From the sequence record NZ_CP040051.1: a DNA stretch of 64,000 bases. One strand, 5' to 3'. The DNA comes from a plasmid. Below the pieces are notes generated by a model. The model saw only the letters and a program-made list of their open reading frames with translations, did not search any database and was not told the DNA's origin. Every line of letters starts with the position of its first letter. The stretch's first letter is position 1. The position numbers and the translations under genes are program-made. Of this stretch, positions 50,583 through 60,998 are shown one piece after another.

Positions 50583-51401
50583 TTGTCTAATTTCACACCA
50601 AATAGCAATTTTCAAGGAATCGTTATATCTAATGAAAAGAAGTTCTTCTTAAACTCTTTTAAACGCAATGCAAAATTGCTTAATACTTCTTTTGATGTTG
50701 TTTCAAATACACTTAACACACCTTTTAAGGCACCAACTTACTCTCAATGCTTAGAAATCTTAGCACGATCCCTCGGATTTAAATCGTTTAAAGGATTGAC
50801 TATTGGCGATGTCAGTGGTTTAAAAGAAATTGGCTATCTAAGTGATTTTGATAAAACTAAATTAATAGAAAGTTACTTAGAGGTTAATCGAAAAAAAATT
50901 ATTACAATGCCGCTTAAAATCGATAGCTCTTTGGATTTAAATTTAACAATCGATGCTGTATGTACTCTCGCGTATCATATACAAACCTTTCCTTTACTTC
51001 GCGATTTCTATCTACCAAAAAGATATCTCAGTAAACATCTAGATTTTGATAATGGCCCCTTCAGAATTAATGATACATTATCAAAAATTTGTGCACATTG
51101 GTGTATATCGCTATTGCTTGAAAAACCGCAAGGCTATGAATTTTATAAAGGTGTTTATGAGAACAACAACGACATTCTTTACGATGTATCAATGAGTTTC
51201 TTCACAAAGAAAAAAATTAATGATTGGTATAAATCACGTGACTTTTTGCACGACTTTACTGATCTTTTTCAGCACTGTGATTTTATACGTGTACAAAGCG
51301 GTTGGACCGATTTTGATAACTTAAGTAATTCGAAAATCAATATATTCTTTCCTCCAGCACTACATGAAAGAATAGTAAAGTTATCTTTTCCTTCTAATTA
51401 A
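50583..51401 (+). CDS. hypothetical protein (272 aa)
   Basis: ORF only. Confidence 0.35.
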   Translation: MSNFTPNSNFQGIVISNEKKFFLNSFKRNAKLLNTSFDVVSNTLNTPFKAPTYSQCLEILARSLGFKSFKGLTIGDVSGLKEIGYLSDFDKTKLIESYLEVNRKKIITMPLKIDSSLDLNLTIDAVCTLAYHIQTFPLLRDFYLPKRYLSKHLDFDNGPFRINDTLSKICAHWCISLLLEKPQGYEFYKGVYENNNDILYDVSMSFFTKKKINDWYKSRDFLHDFTDLFQHCDFIRVQSGWTDFDNLSNSKINIFFPPALHERIVKLSFPSN

Positions 51402-51643
51402 TCAGCTAATTGAATATATATTGGAAGCTGAATTTAACAGCTTCCAATTTTGAATAATTCGTAACAAAGGAATGTTTGCAAACCTAGACGTAATTAATAT
51501 TATTAAATAAAACGTTAAGAATAAAAGGAACTGAATATGATTGACTGGTTACTGATAAGACGGGCAGTATCAGTTCGGACTTATCATAATATCATTACTT
51601 ATTTTTTCTGATTATTATCCTTCTCTGCCTTGTAAATATTGGT

Positions 51644-51994
51644 ATGCAACATTTACATGGATTCGAACCAAGATCTTATAAATACAATTTATCTTTAATT
51701 TCAACGTTATCGGTTTTACTTGGGTTTTATCTTGTAAGAAGTCATTTTAAAGATGTTCAGAGATCGTTACCTCGATTTACTAAAGAGGAAGTGCACATTC
51801 TAAGAAAGTATAAGGAAATAACATGGGTTCTATCGGAAGATTCAAAAAAACTTTGGGCTGAAGGATATCTTGCATATTCAAAATTTCATATAACTGAAAA
51901 TCCTTATCAGGTTGATACTCAAGAGTACATTTCTTGGCAGGCTGGTAATGCTAAAGCAATTAAATATGATGATAAGCCATCAAACACTAATTAA
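51644..51994 (+). CDS. hypothetical protein (116 aa)
   Basis: ORF followed by a hairpin (aaaaaaggagttcatagaactcctttttttt). Confidence 0.3.
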   Translation: MQHLHGFEPRSYKYNLSLISTLSVLLGFYLVRSHFKDVQRSLPRFTKEEVHILRKYKEITWVLSEDSKKLWAEGYLAYSKFHITENPYQVDTQEYISWQAGNAKAIKYDDKPSNTN

Positions 51995-52022
51995 AAAAGG
52001 AGTTCATAGAACTCCTTTTTTT

Positions 52023-53411
52023 TCACTGCTGATTAATTTTGCCTGTGCTAAACCTTACTTTATATTCACACTCTCTTTCTTCAGAGTTCGATAAATTTTC
52101 AAAAATGATTTGATCTTCAAATTTTTGGTAATGCCTGAAGAGCTGACTCAATTTTTGGAAGTCAGTTTCTAAGTTGAATGTGGAAGCATCTTTTTTAGAA
52201 AAAGGTAGAATGAAGATTAAATGCAATGTACCTAGCTTGAAATCTGCTACCACGTGCGGCCACTCCGGATCCGTATCACTGATTCGTGTATATAGAGTTA
52301 ACTCCGGATGTTCCGCATAACTTTGGCCATACATTTTGGCTATATGAAATTGCTGCTTTTCCTCACCAATCTCCGGATCTGAAAATAACCATTCAATAGT
52401 CGATTCGAAAGCTGGTAGTTCTTTAGCCGGCAATACTGAGATAGCGTATTTGCATAATGACTTAAAGATTTTAAGTTTGTTAACTTTTTGATTGGCCGAT
52501 AAGCTGACAATTAAACCGTTTTCTGTTTCTACAATGTCCTGTGAAGCAATCACAATAGAGTTTTCTTCAGATCCTTCTTGCTTGTGCTGGAACACTTGGC
52601 CATTCTTAAACTTCAGATGTGGAATGCCCTTCTTTCCTCTTGTTCCATAATATACACGTAGGATATCAAGGTACTGTATGAGATGAGGTTCATAATCACG
52701 ACCGAACCTCTCATTGCATGTATCACATTCATCTGCCGTTACGATTGATTTATTGCCCAGCGCTTCAGAAATCGTATGAGCCACTTTTCGAAAGGTTGTG
52801 TTTTCATCAACCGGTGATTTACAAAACCTACAAACGCCGTGTTCTTTTGTTGGTTTTTGGCCTATAACAGTTCTCCGTTCTGTTTCACCAAACACAGCAA
52901 TGTTGTATTTCTCTAATAAATCATCAAATAAGCTATTAAATCCTTCCATGTGAGTTTGCATGTATTGATTTACTTCTTCATCGCTGTTCAATGAATTTTT
53001 GGCTCTAAGAAAAGTTTGCAAAAGCATTTGTGCTTGCATCTTTTCTGTAAACTCATAGGGAAATACAAAGAAGTATTCATCATCTTCAATCGAATTGAGC
53101 TTACTAATCGCTTTATGAATACTAGGCTTGAGTTTAGTGTAATCGCTCAACATAGCATTAACTTGTGTCCGTAAACTTGGTGTCATGCGTTGTAAAGCGC
53201 TGGCTTTGATTTGATTGGGATGTGCTGGATCGAGATCCTGTTTGACATTGCTGGCGTATAAAACTCTGTACATATCATTGACGAAGTTTATAAGAGTTTC
53301 ATTCTCATCTGGCCCTTCTACGCTAACAAAAAAACTATTCGTATTTTGAGTAATAAAGTGGAAAGTAAATCGAAATAGATTTACTTCAGCTTCAGTATTG
53401 TTTTGGTTCAT
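52023..53411 (-). CDS. 462-aa protein with a central HNH-nuclease-like zinc-finger motif
   Basis: HGVCRFCKS ... AHTISEALGN ... DECDTCN matches the HNH pattern CxxC..H....GN...CxxCN. Confidence 0.5.
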   Translation of the reverse strand: MNQNNTEAEVNLFRFTFHFITQNTNSFFVSVEGPDENETLINFVNDMYRVLYASNVKQDLDPAHPNQIKASALQRMTPSLRTQVNAMLSDYTKLKPSIHKAISKLNSIEDDEYFFVFPYEFTEKMQAQMLLQTFLRAKNSLNSDEEVNQYMQTHMEGFNSLFDDLLEKYNIAVFGETERRTVIGQKPTKEHGVCRFCKSPVDENTTFRKVAHTISEALGNKSIVTADECDTCNERFGRDYEPHLIQYLDILRVYYGTRGKKGIPHLKFKNGQVFQHKQEGSEENSIVIASQDIVETENGLIVSLSANQKVNKLKIFKSLCKYAISVLPAKELPAFESTIEWLFSDPEIGEEKQQFHIAKMYGQSYAEHPELTLYTRISDTDPEWPHVVADFKLGTLHLIFILPFSKKDASTFNLETDFQKLSQLFRHYQKFEDQIIFENLSNSEERECEYKVRFSTGKINQQ

Positions 53412-53483
53412 ATCGATGTCACCCCAAATTTATTAAAGTGGCCAACATGTTTGGCCACAGCATTGAAAATGCCATAAGGCTAA

Positions 53484-53897
53484 TTATGCTCGTCCATCAA
53501 TATTGTGTTTCATATATAACTTCTGAGAAAAATGAACATATTCATTTTCTGAGAGCGGTGGACCATTAACCACATGTTGTGCTGGTATTAAGGATGTTTT
53601 CTCTTTCCAGTGAGCCAGCAAATCCGGACTTAAAGCCATGATGCTTAGTAGTGAATCTAGGAAATCTGGATCGTTGTGATGGCGTGTTGTTTTAATAAAG
53701 AAAGTCGCCGTGATCTTTTTATTACCGGTTGAATTGTCTGCTACGCAAACAGAATATAAATTAGGTAGTTCGTTATAGATCTCTGGATCTATATCTTGCA
53801 TAAAGTGTGTGATCGAGTCACTACCGTTATAAACACAATGAAATAGTAAAATACTAGCACCACCTTGAACAGTGGCCTTAGAAGACATAATTTTCAT
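53484..53897 (-). CDS. hypothetical protein (137 aa) upstream of and co-oriented with the HNH-like gene
   Basis: ORF only. Confidence 0.35.
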   Translation of the reverse strand: MKIMSSKATVQGGASILLFHCVYNGSDSITHFMQDIDPEIYNELPNLYSVCVADNSTGNKKITATFFIKTTRHHNDPDFLDSLLSIMALSPDLLAHWKEKTSLIPAQHVVNGPPLSENEYVHFSQKLYMKHNIDGRA

Positions 53898-54085
53898 TTT
53901 GGAATCCTGTTTGAAAATTAAATGGAACTCATCAAAAGCTTATAATTTTGAGTTTAAAGCTATCTAAACTAGATACTAGTGCATCTACACCCTATCTTCA
54001 AATGCCCACCTTAAACGCGCTCTACGGCGCAGCTATAACGAAGAAATTTTTAATTCTCGCCGTGATTAAAATATTTACAGCAAAT

Positions 54086-54702
54086 CCGGATACGGTTTTG
54101 CTGTAAATTTGCTCAGGTTTATCTAGATCAACTAAATTCAAGTACCAAAGCTTTATGTAATTCATCTAGTAGCTGAATAGCCCTTTGATGTGACGCGCCA
54201 AAACCAATATGAGAGCTCACATTGATACCGGTATTTTTCATTTGCGGCCGTAAATGATCTTTACCGATAACTATAAGAAATGTATGCAGAATTATACCGT
54301 TGACATGATATTATAAAATAAGACTTAAGCTAATAAACCAGCTTAAGAATATATAACTTGTATGCCAAAATAGCCTAAGCAGATTTTATCGAACCCCATA
54401 TAAGGACTCACGGCGTCCCTCTTCTCCACTTTACAAAAATCGCATCTCCCGTTGACGATCTTTTTAGTCCGGTTACGGTATTTATAATTCCGCTTACGGT
54501 TTTATCTATTCCGGATACGGAATTATCTACCACAAAAACACCATACTAAATTTTTATTTTTTGCATATATCAAATTTTTAAAAAATAGTTTATTCTACAT
54601 TTAATGCAGATCAGCCCCCTTATTCCGCAGCCGGAATAATCCATAAACGGTATTAAAACCATAGACGGACTAATACTAGAAATGGAAAAGGTCCATAAAC
54701 GG
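54086..54702. repeat. array of seven 10-bp motifs CC(G/A)NWWACGG (CCGGATACGG x2, CCGGTTACGG, CCGCTTACGG, CCATAAACGG x2, CCATAGACGG) in a non-coding region
   Basis: Seen directly at 54086, 54469, 54490, 54511, 54641, 54659 and 54693. Confidence 0.55.
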
Positions 54703-54796
54703 AAAGTCCGGCAATGGAAGAGTCACTTAAATAGGTTACTCAAAGGTAGAGCGAAGTCGGCTAACTATAAAGCAATAGACCTGCTTAGGCTATTTT
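54367..54796. repeat. 16-bp perfect inverted repeats AAAATAGCCTAAGCAG / CTGCTTAGGCTATTTT separated by 398 bp
   Basis: Left arm 54367-54382 and right arm 54781-54796. The right arm ends 17 bp before the lipoprotein start codon. Confidence 0.6.
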
Positions 54797-54812
54797 ATAA
54801 TAGGTAATTATC

Positions 54813-55193
54813 ATGCGTAAAATTGGTTTGATATTTTTTTTGCCGGTTCTCATCTCCGGTTGTTCTTCTCCAGCTTCAGAAGCCGAAATTCGTGCCGCCG
54901 TGCATGAATGTGAAGGTGTTATGCATGATATTGAAAATCAGATTCAACCAAAAACTGAAAAGAAGTTCGGCCGGTTCTGGATTGAAGATGCTGAGCCAGT
55001 GACTAGCAGACAACTCAAGTCATTTTTAAAAGACTGCAAAAATGACAAAAAAGAAATTGTTGAAGCCAGTAGAGATCAAAAAACAATCAGCAAGCAAATT
55101 AATGTAGTGGCCGAAATTAAGTATGAAAATGAAATTAAACACGCCAAATCAATGGCGTATCTAGATTCCCAAAGTGAGGATAATGCAAAATGA
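54813..55193 (+). CDS. lipoprotein (126 aa), first gene of a tightly coupled small-protein operon
   Basis: Signal plus lipobox LISGCSS. Its stop overlaps the next start. Confidence 0.5.
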   Translation: MRKIGLIFFLPVLISGCSSPASEAEIRAAVHECEGVMHDIENQIQPKTEKKFGRFWIEDAEPVTSRQLKSFLKDCKNDKKEIVEASRDQKTISKQINVVAEIKYENEIKHAKSMAYLDSQSEDNAK

Positions 55194-55594
55194 CTTCCCT
55201 GAAAAAATATATTTGTCTTGGCGTTCCAGTTTTATTTTTAAGCTGCAATCTTTTCGCTGAACAACCAGATCCGGCCTATATCAAGGCAATGGTTAATGAA
55301 ACGATTGCTGGAGCTCAACAAAACCAGCGCCGTTTTAAAACTGAAGACGTCAAAGATGTGGTTGCAGCTTCAGATCAGAATCGCCGTGCCTACGAGCAAG
55401 ATGCACAATCATTAAATAACCATTCAAAAAATTATTTATCTTCACCTCAAGCGCAAGCGGATCAAAAATGGGCTCAAGAAACTATGCGTAAGCATGAATC
55501 TTCGCCGGAGTTTAAAAAGCATAAGCGTGATGCTTATGAAACTTGCTTAATAACACAGCGCTATGCTCCAGTAAATTGTGAGGTGCCGGAATGA
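55190..55594 (+). CDS. secreted protein (134 aa)
   Basis: Signal peptide. ATGA coupling. Confidence 0.45.
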   Translation: MTSLKKYICLGVPVLFLSCNLFAEQPDPAYIKAMVNETIAGAQQNQRRFKTEDVKDVVAASDQNRRAYEQDAQSLNNHSKNYLSSPQAQADQKWAQETMRKHESSPEFKKHKRDAYETCLITQRYAPVNCEVPE

Positions 55595-55785
55595 TCTATG
55601 TCTATTGGACTTTTCAGGTCTTATTTTTCTTAATATGGATTTATTGCCTTTCATATCTATATACAAGAAATGATAAAGATGACAAGTTCAGAATTTTCGC
55701 ACTTATTGGTGCCGTAGTTTTTGGACTATTAACTTTTTACTGGAACGACACTATCGCTCAGCTTACTGGTCAAGGATTTATATAG
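55591..55785 (+). CDS. small membrane protein (64 aa)
   Basis: Two TM segments. ATGA coupling. Confidence 0.4.
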   Translation: MIYVYWTFQVLFFLIWIYCLSYLYTRNDKDDKFRIFALIGAVVFGLLTFYWNDTIAQLTGQGFI

Positions 55786-56094
55786 ATGTTTAACATATTG
55801 GGATTACTGGTGTTAGTTTGCATTTATTTTGGGATTTCTTACGTAACTGGTCCAGCAAGCACCGAATCATTAGCAGAAATTAACAAACTAATAGATGCTT
55901 CAAAAGGTCAACCGTATGAAGCAGAGTTCAAAAGCCAAATTTCCGATCTCATGAAAGATGGAATTACCAGAACAGAGGCAGAGGAGATACTTCATATTTA
56001 TGAGGAAGTACGTCTAAAAACTAGTTTAGTTTCTAAGGATACTAAAAGTGATAGTAATGGTTTAAATATAGGAAATAAAGAAAATGCAAGATGA
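55786..56094 (+). CDS. membrane protein (102 aa)
   Basis: N-terminal TM segment. Confidence 0.4.
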   Translation: MFNILGLLVLVCIYFGISYVTGPASTESLAEINKLIDASKGQPYEAEFKSQISDLMKDGITRTEAEEILHIYEEVRLKTSLVSKDTKSDSNGLNIGNKENAR

Positions 56095-56626
56095 TGTTTA
56101 TATTGAACCGTTTAAACAATCTGATTTATCAAAGAAAATTGATAAATACTTAAATTTTGTATTAGCACTTGGTTTACTTGCTTTTCTGATTTGCATAATA
56201 CTAACCATAGTAGATGCATTTATTGTTAAAGCAGGTTTTAGTAATAAATTTTTTGAGATAAAAAATACCGGATATGCAATTGTTATTGTAGTTATTGTTG
56301 GCTTAATAGGATTCTTGAATGGAACTTTTGGTAGAACTCAAATCAAACAAGAGTTTATTTACAAACTTGTTAATGAAGCACAAACGCAAAAATTAAAAAA
56401 TAATATCTTCGTAATATTGAAACATAACGAGATATTAACAAAAGGTGAGCTAGAGTTAATTAAAGATAAGATGGTAAACGAATTAGATCAAATGCAAAAA
56501 TCTGGTTATAGAGAAATGATTGATACTAACAATTCGCTTTCTGAGGACAAGTTAGATTATATTAATGGTATAAAAATTGATATTGAACTCATTAAACTTA
56601 TTATTTCTAAGAATGAAATTATTTAG
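56084..56626 (+). CDS. membrane protein (180 aa)
   Basis: Two TM segments. Confidence 0.4.
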   Translation: MQDDVYIEPFKQSDLSKKIDKYLNFVLALGLLAFLICIILTIVDAFIVKAGFSNKFFEIKNTGYAIVIVVIVGLIGFLNGTFGRTQIKQEFIYKLVNEAQTQKLKNNIFVILKHNEILTKGELELIKDKMVNELDQMQKSGYREMIDTNNSLSEDKLDYINGIKIDIELIKLIISKNEII

Positions 56627-56661
56627 GAAGATAATTAAGTATTGAACTTAAGGAAACCATA

Positions 56662-56934
56662 ATGAGCAATTCATCTGAATCAAAAAATGATTTTCAAAAT
56701 GGCCAAGTTGAAAATTATCTTGCAAAAGTTTATCCGGATTTACCGCCAAAAGATATAGGTTATATGGCTGCCACTATGGCAGCTACAATAGAAGCTGAAG
56801 CTCGTTTTATGCGGAAATGGAAATCAGATGCACCAACGGCTGAAGAATTTAAACGCCGAATTCCTTTTCTTGAATATCTTTTTGAACTACCAGAAGGTAG
56901 TCGTCCACCTCGCGGTAAATGCCGCAAAATGTAA
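56662..56934 (+). CDS. hypothetical protein (90 aa) with LPEGSRPPRGK motif
   Basis: Shares the motif LP.GSR.PRGK with the next ORF. Confidence 0.35.
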   Translation: MSNSSESKNDFQNGQVENYLAKVYPDLPPKDIGYMAATMAATIEAEARFMRKWKSDAPTAEEFKRRIPFLEYLFELPEGSRPPRGKCRKM

Positions 56935-56967
56935 GCAAAAGCACTCAAAATTGGAAGGCTACAAAGA

Positions 56968-57483
56968 ATGAACGCTAATCATTATATTCAACTTGCTAGA
57001 GAATTTCGCAAGTTTAATTCCGAACCAATTTTAGCTAGTCAGAAAATTGAGCATTTAGCACGATATATGAAATTGCATCCTAAGATTGGTGCATACGAAG
57101 ATTATATTCGTAATCTACCGCTTGGCAGCCGATTACCACGGGGTAAGTATTTTAAAGGTCGTAAAGCTGGTGACAATATAAGAGCTATGGATGAGTACTG
57201 GAATATGATCAAAGAACCGACTATTAGAAGCACTAACGCTAAAATTAGATCCTTAAACCCTGTTGCCTCTTTTAAAACTCAATATGACTCTACTATGATT
57301 TTTTTGCAAAGAGTCGCTAATTACACTTTGAATTCCGCACAGAGTCAACGTGCCAAATCTCTCATTCTGGATACACCCGATGGTTTTGAAACGACTATTT
57401 TATCCGTAGTGCAATTATGGGAAAAAGATGCATTGTTAAAAGATTTTGCTACAGCATTAAAACTTGTTGCTTTGCCTAATTAG
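56968..57483 (+). CDS. hypothetical protein (171 aa) with LPLGSRLPRGK motif
   Basis: Motif paralogy with 56662-56934. Confidence 0.35.
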   Translation: MNANHYIQLAREFRKFNSEPILASQKIEHLARYMKLHPKIGAYEDYIRNLPLGSRLPRGKYFKGRKAGDNIRAMDEYWNMIKEPTIRSTNAKIRSLNPVASFKTQYDSTMIFLQRVANYTLNSAQSQRAKSLILDTPDGFETTILSVVQLWEKDALLKDFATALKLVALPN

Positions 57484-57854
57484 TGTGGTAGGACAAAACC
57501 GACTATAGTCGTAATCTGTTGTTAATTCGAACTGTCATGTGTACGTTCAAGTAAATAAAAATAGGTAATCAAAATGAAGCGCAAAGTTAGCTTAAATCAA
57601 GTTAGTTTAGATGGAAAAAATGGCATAAATGAGGTGAGCTCATGTAAGTCTTTGAGCTCTTTTAACAATTTAGAGCATTTAATTCAAAGTGTTCATAATG
57701 GCGAAACAATTTACATAATCGATGTTGGGCGAACTTCTTGGGATATTGAGCAACTAATGAAAAATCATATTAAATGAATATCATCTTTTATATGAATCCA
57801 TTATTTTAGATAGAAAAAAGCCTAGTATATGAACTAGGCTTTTTTTATACATCA

Positions 57855-58193
57855 TTATTTAATCAGGAATTCACTCAGCTTTAACTTGCTTTCTTCCATT
57901 TCACTTTTCAACCATCTTGGCATCTGTCCTCGTCCTGTCCAAGTGTTCTCCGGATCAGCCTTACTTCTATAACGTGGCTCAACAGTCTTTGTTTTTTTCT
58001 TTTTATTATGGGTTTTCCCAAATTCAATGAGCTGGTCTAAAGTCAGTCCAACACTTTTGGCAATTTCCTCTAATTGGCCAAAGGCTGCCACTTTCTCTTC
58101 AATTTCCCTTTTTCCTTTTTCAAGACTTGCAGCCTTGATCAAATCCTCTAGTTCTATTGATGAATAACCATCTAAATTAAATTCTTTCATCAT
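57855..58193 (-). CDS. hns: H-NS-family nucleoid-associated protein (112 aa)
   Basis: C-terminal DNA-binding motif TWTGRGQMPRWL and an N-terminal coiled-coil. Confidence 0.7.
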   Translation of the reverse strand: MMKEFNLDGYSSIELEDLIKAASLEKGKREIEEKVAAFGQLEEIAKSVGLTLDQLIEFGKTHNKKKKTKTVEPRYRSKADPENTWTGRGQMPRWLKSEMEESKLKLSEFLIK

Positions 58194-58234
58194 TAATACT
58201 CAATATGTTTTAAAGTAAATATTTTAATGGAATG

Positions 58235-59959
58235 TTAAATTGATAATTGAGATTTAAAATATTTAATTAAATCCCCAACTACAATATTAACCGCAAGTTC
58301 GTTATTTGCTAAGTTTGTACTATAGGCTCCAGATCGAATAGGATCACTAATAATCTGAGTATAGTTTTGCATCGCAAAATTTACACTAAATAAATAAGGA
58401 TAGAGTACTTTACTCTGATTACTTTGATTCAGTAAAGAATTTAATGCATTTTCATTTCCAACAAAGAATATTCGCTTGACCATGTCAATAACATAATCAT
58501 TTTTGAATGAATCAATATTTTCGGAAAAATAATTAAAGTACTTCAAATTATTATTGGTCAATTCGTCAAAATTCTCTTTAGAGATATTTTCAAAGAACGT
58601 TGTTTTAGATCCTTTGATAGCTAAAGTAGAAATCAAAGTCGCAACAGATTTAGCAATTTTATTCACTGGATTATTGTAATCAGACTCTTGTGAAGTTTTG
58701 GGTATATCGCCTTTACCAACGGCACTTTCGTAGTTTGTTCTACTAGCCTTCACAACAACATCATCGACTTCTTCGCCTAAAATTAATGATGATTGCCCTT
58801 TACCATTTTTAGAATCAATCCAGCTCTTATCTTTAAATGCTGAACGGCATGCCCCGACAAAGTTAATTGTCTGGCCCTTTTTCTTCAATCCATTTATCCA
58901 TTGTTTAAGACGCGATAGAATCGTATATATAGAATCATCTGTTAAACTATCGATATCATAATTTTCCGGCACTAACTGCTTAATACGGATTCGTAAATTT
59001 GTTGTATTCTCAGGTGGACTATCTAAGAGTGATTGCCATGCATGAGCAGCTTGTTCATTATCAACAAACTTATATTTTTTGAATAGTTTTATCGACTCTA
59101 TTTTTTGACGCTTACCTCTTATAAAGTCTGTTTCAACTTCATATTCAAGCAATTCGTTTGCATTAAAATTTTTTAAAGCTGGTTTAAGAGTATCACGCAA
59201 GAAATAACGATTTTCTTCTACATCACCATAGCCTAGATACTGTTTGAATGTTTCGTATGCCAAAGTAATTGGCTCATCAGTTCCTTCCAGTAATTTATAA
59301 ATTAATAATTCAATTTTTCCATTTCTTCCTGTTGATGTACTTAAAGACTGTATTTGTGTCCAACTAAATAAACGTTTTACTTTTTCAATCGATATAGAAT
59401 CAGTAATAATTGAACTAAAAAAAGGAGGTAATGAATATACAATTTCAAGACTTTGGTAGTCTGGTTTGTTATCAGCTTCCACCTCTTCTCGATTAAGCAT
59501 CATATTTTTATTATAAATCGCAAAATCTTGAATAAAGCTGAATTGTGAGGAAGATGACTTTAATCCTTGTGCATTGAAGATATCGATTTGTATTTCAGCA
59601 TCTCTTAAATTACTTAGTGATTTATTAATCTCCTTAAGTCTGTGTTGACTATTTGTTTTGAATCTTAATAGATCAAACGGTATTTTAAAATTAACAATAG
59701 GATGAGAACCATTATCTTGAAAATTTTCAAGAATTTCACAAGCATGATTCAAGAGACATAACCAAATCTTATGTTCAACTAATGAACATTCATGAGTCAC
59801 ATGAATTAATGAAACTGGCAATTTAAACTCTGTCTCATACTTAAAAGAGGCTAAATTTGGGTGCCCTTGACTAAGACTATTAGCTTGACTATAGCCCAGA
59901 TCAGCAGGAGACAAGCTCTCTGCGTCAGAACTAGTCAATTCTTGTGATTGTACGTTCAT
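58235..59959 (-). CDS. hypothetical protein (574 aa), candidate replication-associated protein
   Basis: Large ORF reading away from the iteron array. CTCACA half-sites lie in its upstream region (60040-60070). Confidence 0.35.
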   Translation of the reverse strand: MNVQSQELTSSDAESLSPADLGYSQANSLSQGHPNLASFKYETEFKLPVSLIHVTHECSLVEHKIWLCLLNHACEILENFQDNGSHPIVNFKIPFDLLRFKTNSQHRLKEINKSLSNLRDAEIQIDIFNAQGLKSSSSQFSFIQDFAIYNKNMMLNREEVEADNKPDYQSLEIVYSLPPFFSSIITDSISIEKVKRLFSWTQIQSLSTSTGRNGKIELLIYKLLEGTDEPITLAYETFKQYLGYGDVEENRYFLRDTLKPALKNFNANELLEYEVETDFIRGKRQKIESIKLFKKYKFVDNEQAAHAWQSLLDSPPENTTNLRIRIKQLVPENYDIDSLTDDSIYTILSRLKQWINGLKKKGQTINFVGACRSAFKDKSWIDSKNGKGQSSLILGEEVDDVVVKASRTNYESAVGKGDIPKTSQESDYNNPVNKIAKSVATLISTLAIKGSKTTFFENISKENFDELTNNNLKYFNYFSENIDSFKNDYVIDMVKRIFFVGNENALNSLLNQSNQSKVLYPYLFSVNFAMQNYTQIISDPIRSGAYSTNLANNELAVNIVVGDLIKYFKSQLSI

Positions 59960-60114
59960 TTGATCTAATAATGACGTTTGTTAGTAATGACAAAGTTATA
60001 TCATAAAGAATGTGTGAGTTAAATAGAAATACCTCACATTTAGAACACTCAATGTGTGAGAAAAGTAAAAAAAACTCACATAAAAAAAAGATCCCATGTT
60101 TGGGATCTTCTTAT

Positions 60115-60816
60115 TTACACAACTTGATCTAAATAAAGTTGTGATTGATTTTTCTTATGTAGGTTTTCTTTAAACATCGTTTCAAAGAAAGGTGCATAAT
60201 TAAAGCTGTAGAAAATCTGCCCATCTTTATCAAAAGAAACGTATTCACTAACGAGTTTGGTAGAAAACATATGTACAAATCTAAAAGATTCGCGGCCGGT
60301 CTTTGTATGACGAAGTAAGCGGTGTTGATGAGCACTCAAAGAACAGCTTGCTAAGCTTTTCATTCTTTTTTCAAACTCATCTAATGAAATACCAACAACT
60401 TTGGAAATTTCACTTGCATTGATAGTATGAGTCAGTTTGCTATCAAATGAAGTAAGCAAAATATTTTTTTGCTTATAAGCCATTAAAACTTCATTAATTA
60501 AACACACAAAAGCTTGATCGGCTTTATCAATTTTAGTTTCAATAGTAAATCGATCTGATCCGACCATATATTCATATGACTTAGTATCAAAATCGAAATC
60601 TAAAAATGAAAACAATTTAGAAAATCTTTTTAATGGTAAAGCAGGTAAAGAACGTTCAACTACAGAAGGCTCTTGTACATCATCCAATAATGATAATTGA
60701 ACAGATGACTGTTTTTTCCACTCTGCCGGCTCATTCAAATATAATGAGTGAGCATAGGGCATAGATGCTAAATTAGTCATATCCTCACTCCTTTTAAATT
60801 GAAAATAATTTGCCAT
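60115..60816 (-). CDS. hypothetical protein (233 aa) immediately downstream of the iteron array
   Basis: ORF whose start is 180 bp from the first iteron. Confidence 0.35.
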   Translation of the reverse strand: MANYFQFKRSEDMTNLASMPYAHSLYLNEPAEWKKQSSVQLSLLDDVQEPSVVERSLPALPLKRFSKLFSFLDFDFDTKSYEYMVGSDRFTIETKIDKADQAFVCLINEVLMAYKQKNILLTSFDSKLTHTINASEISKVVGISLDEFEKRMKSLASCSLSAHQHRLLRHTKTGRESFRFVHMFSTKLVSEYVSFDKDGQIFYSFNYAPFFETMFKENLHKKNQSQLYLDQVV

Positions 60817-60998
60817 ATTAATTTGAATATAAATATATCCATACCAAATTTTAGCATAGGCACATAGCGAATACTATTATGTTTACAAAAAATGCAAAGT
60901 TAACTCTTTGAATAGTTTTACAAAAACATAGTTTTTTTTAACTTAATTGAAATAAAAAAGCCGAACCAAAGATGTTTTCCAGATATTGAGCATATTGG

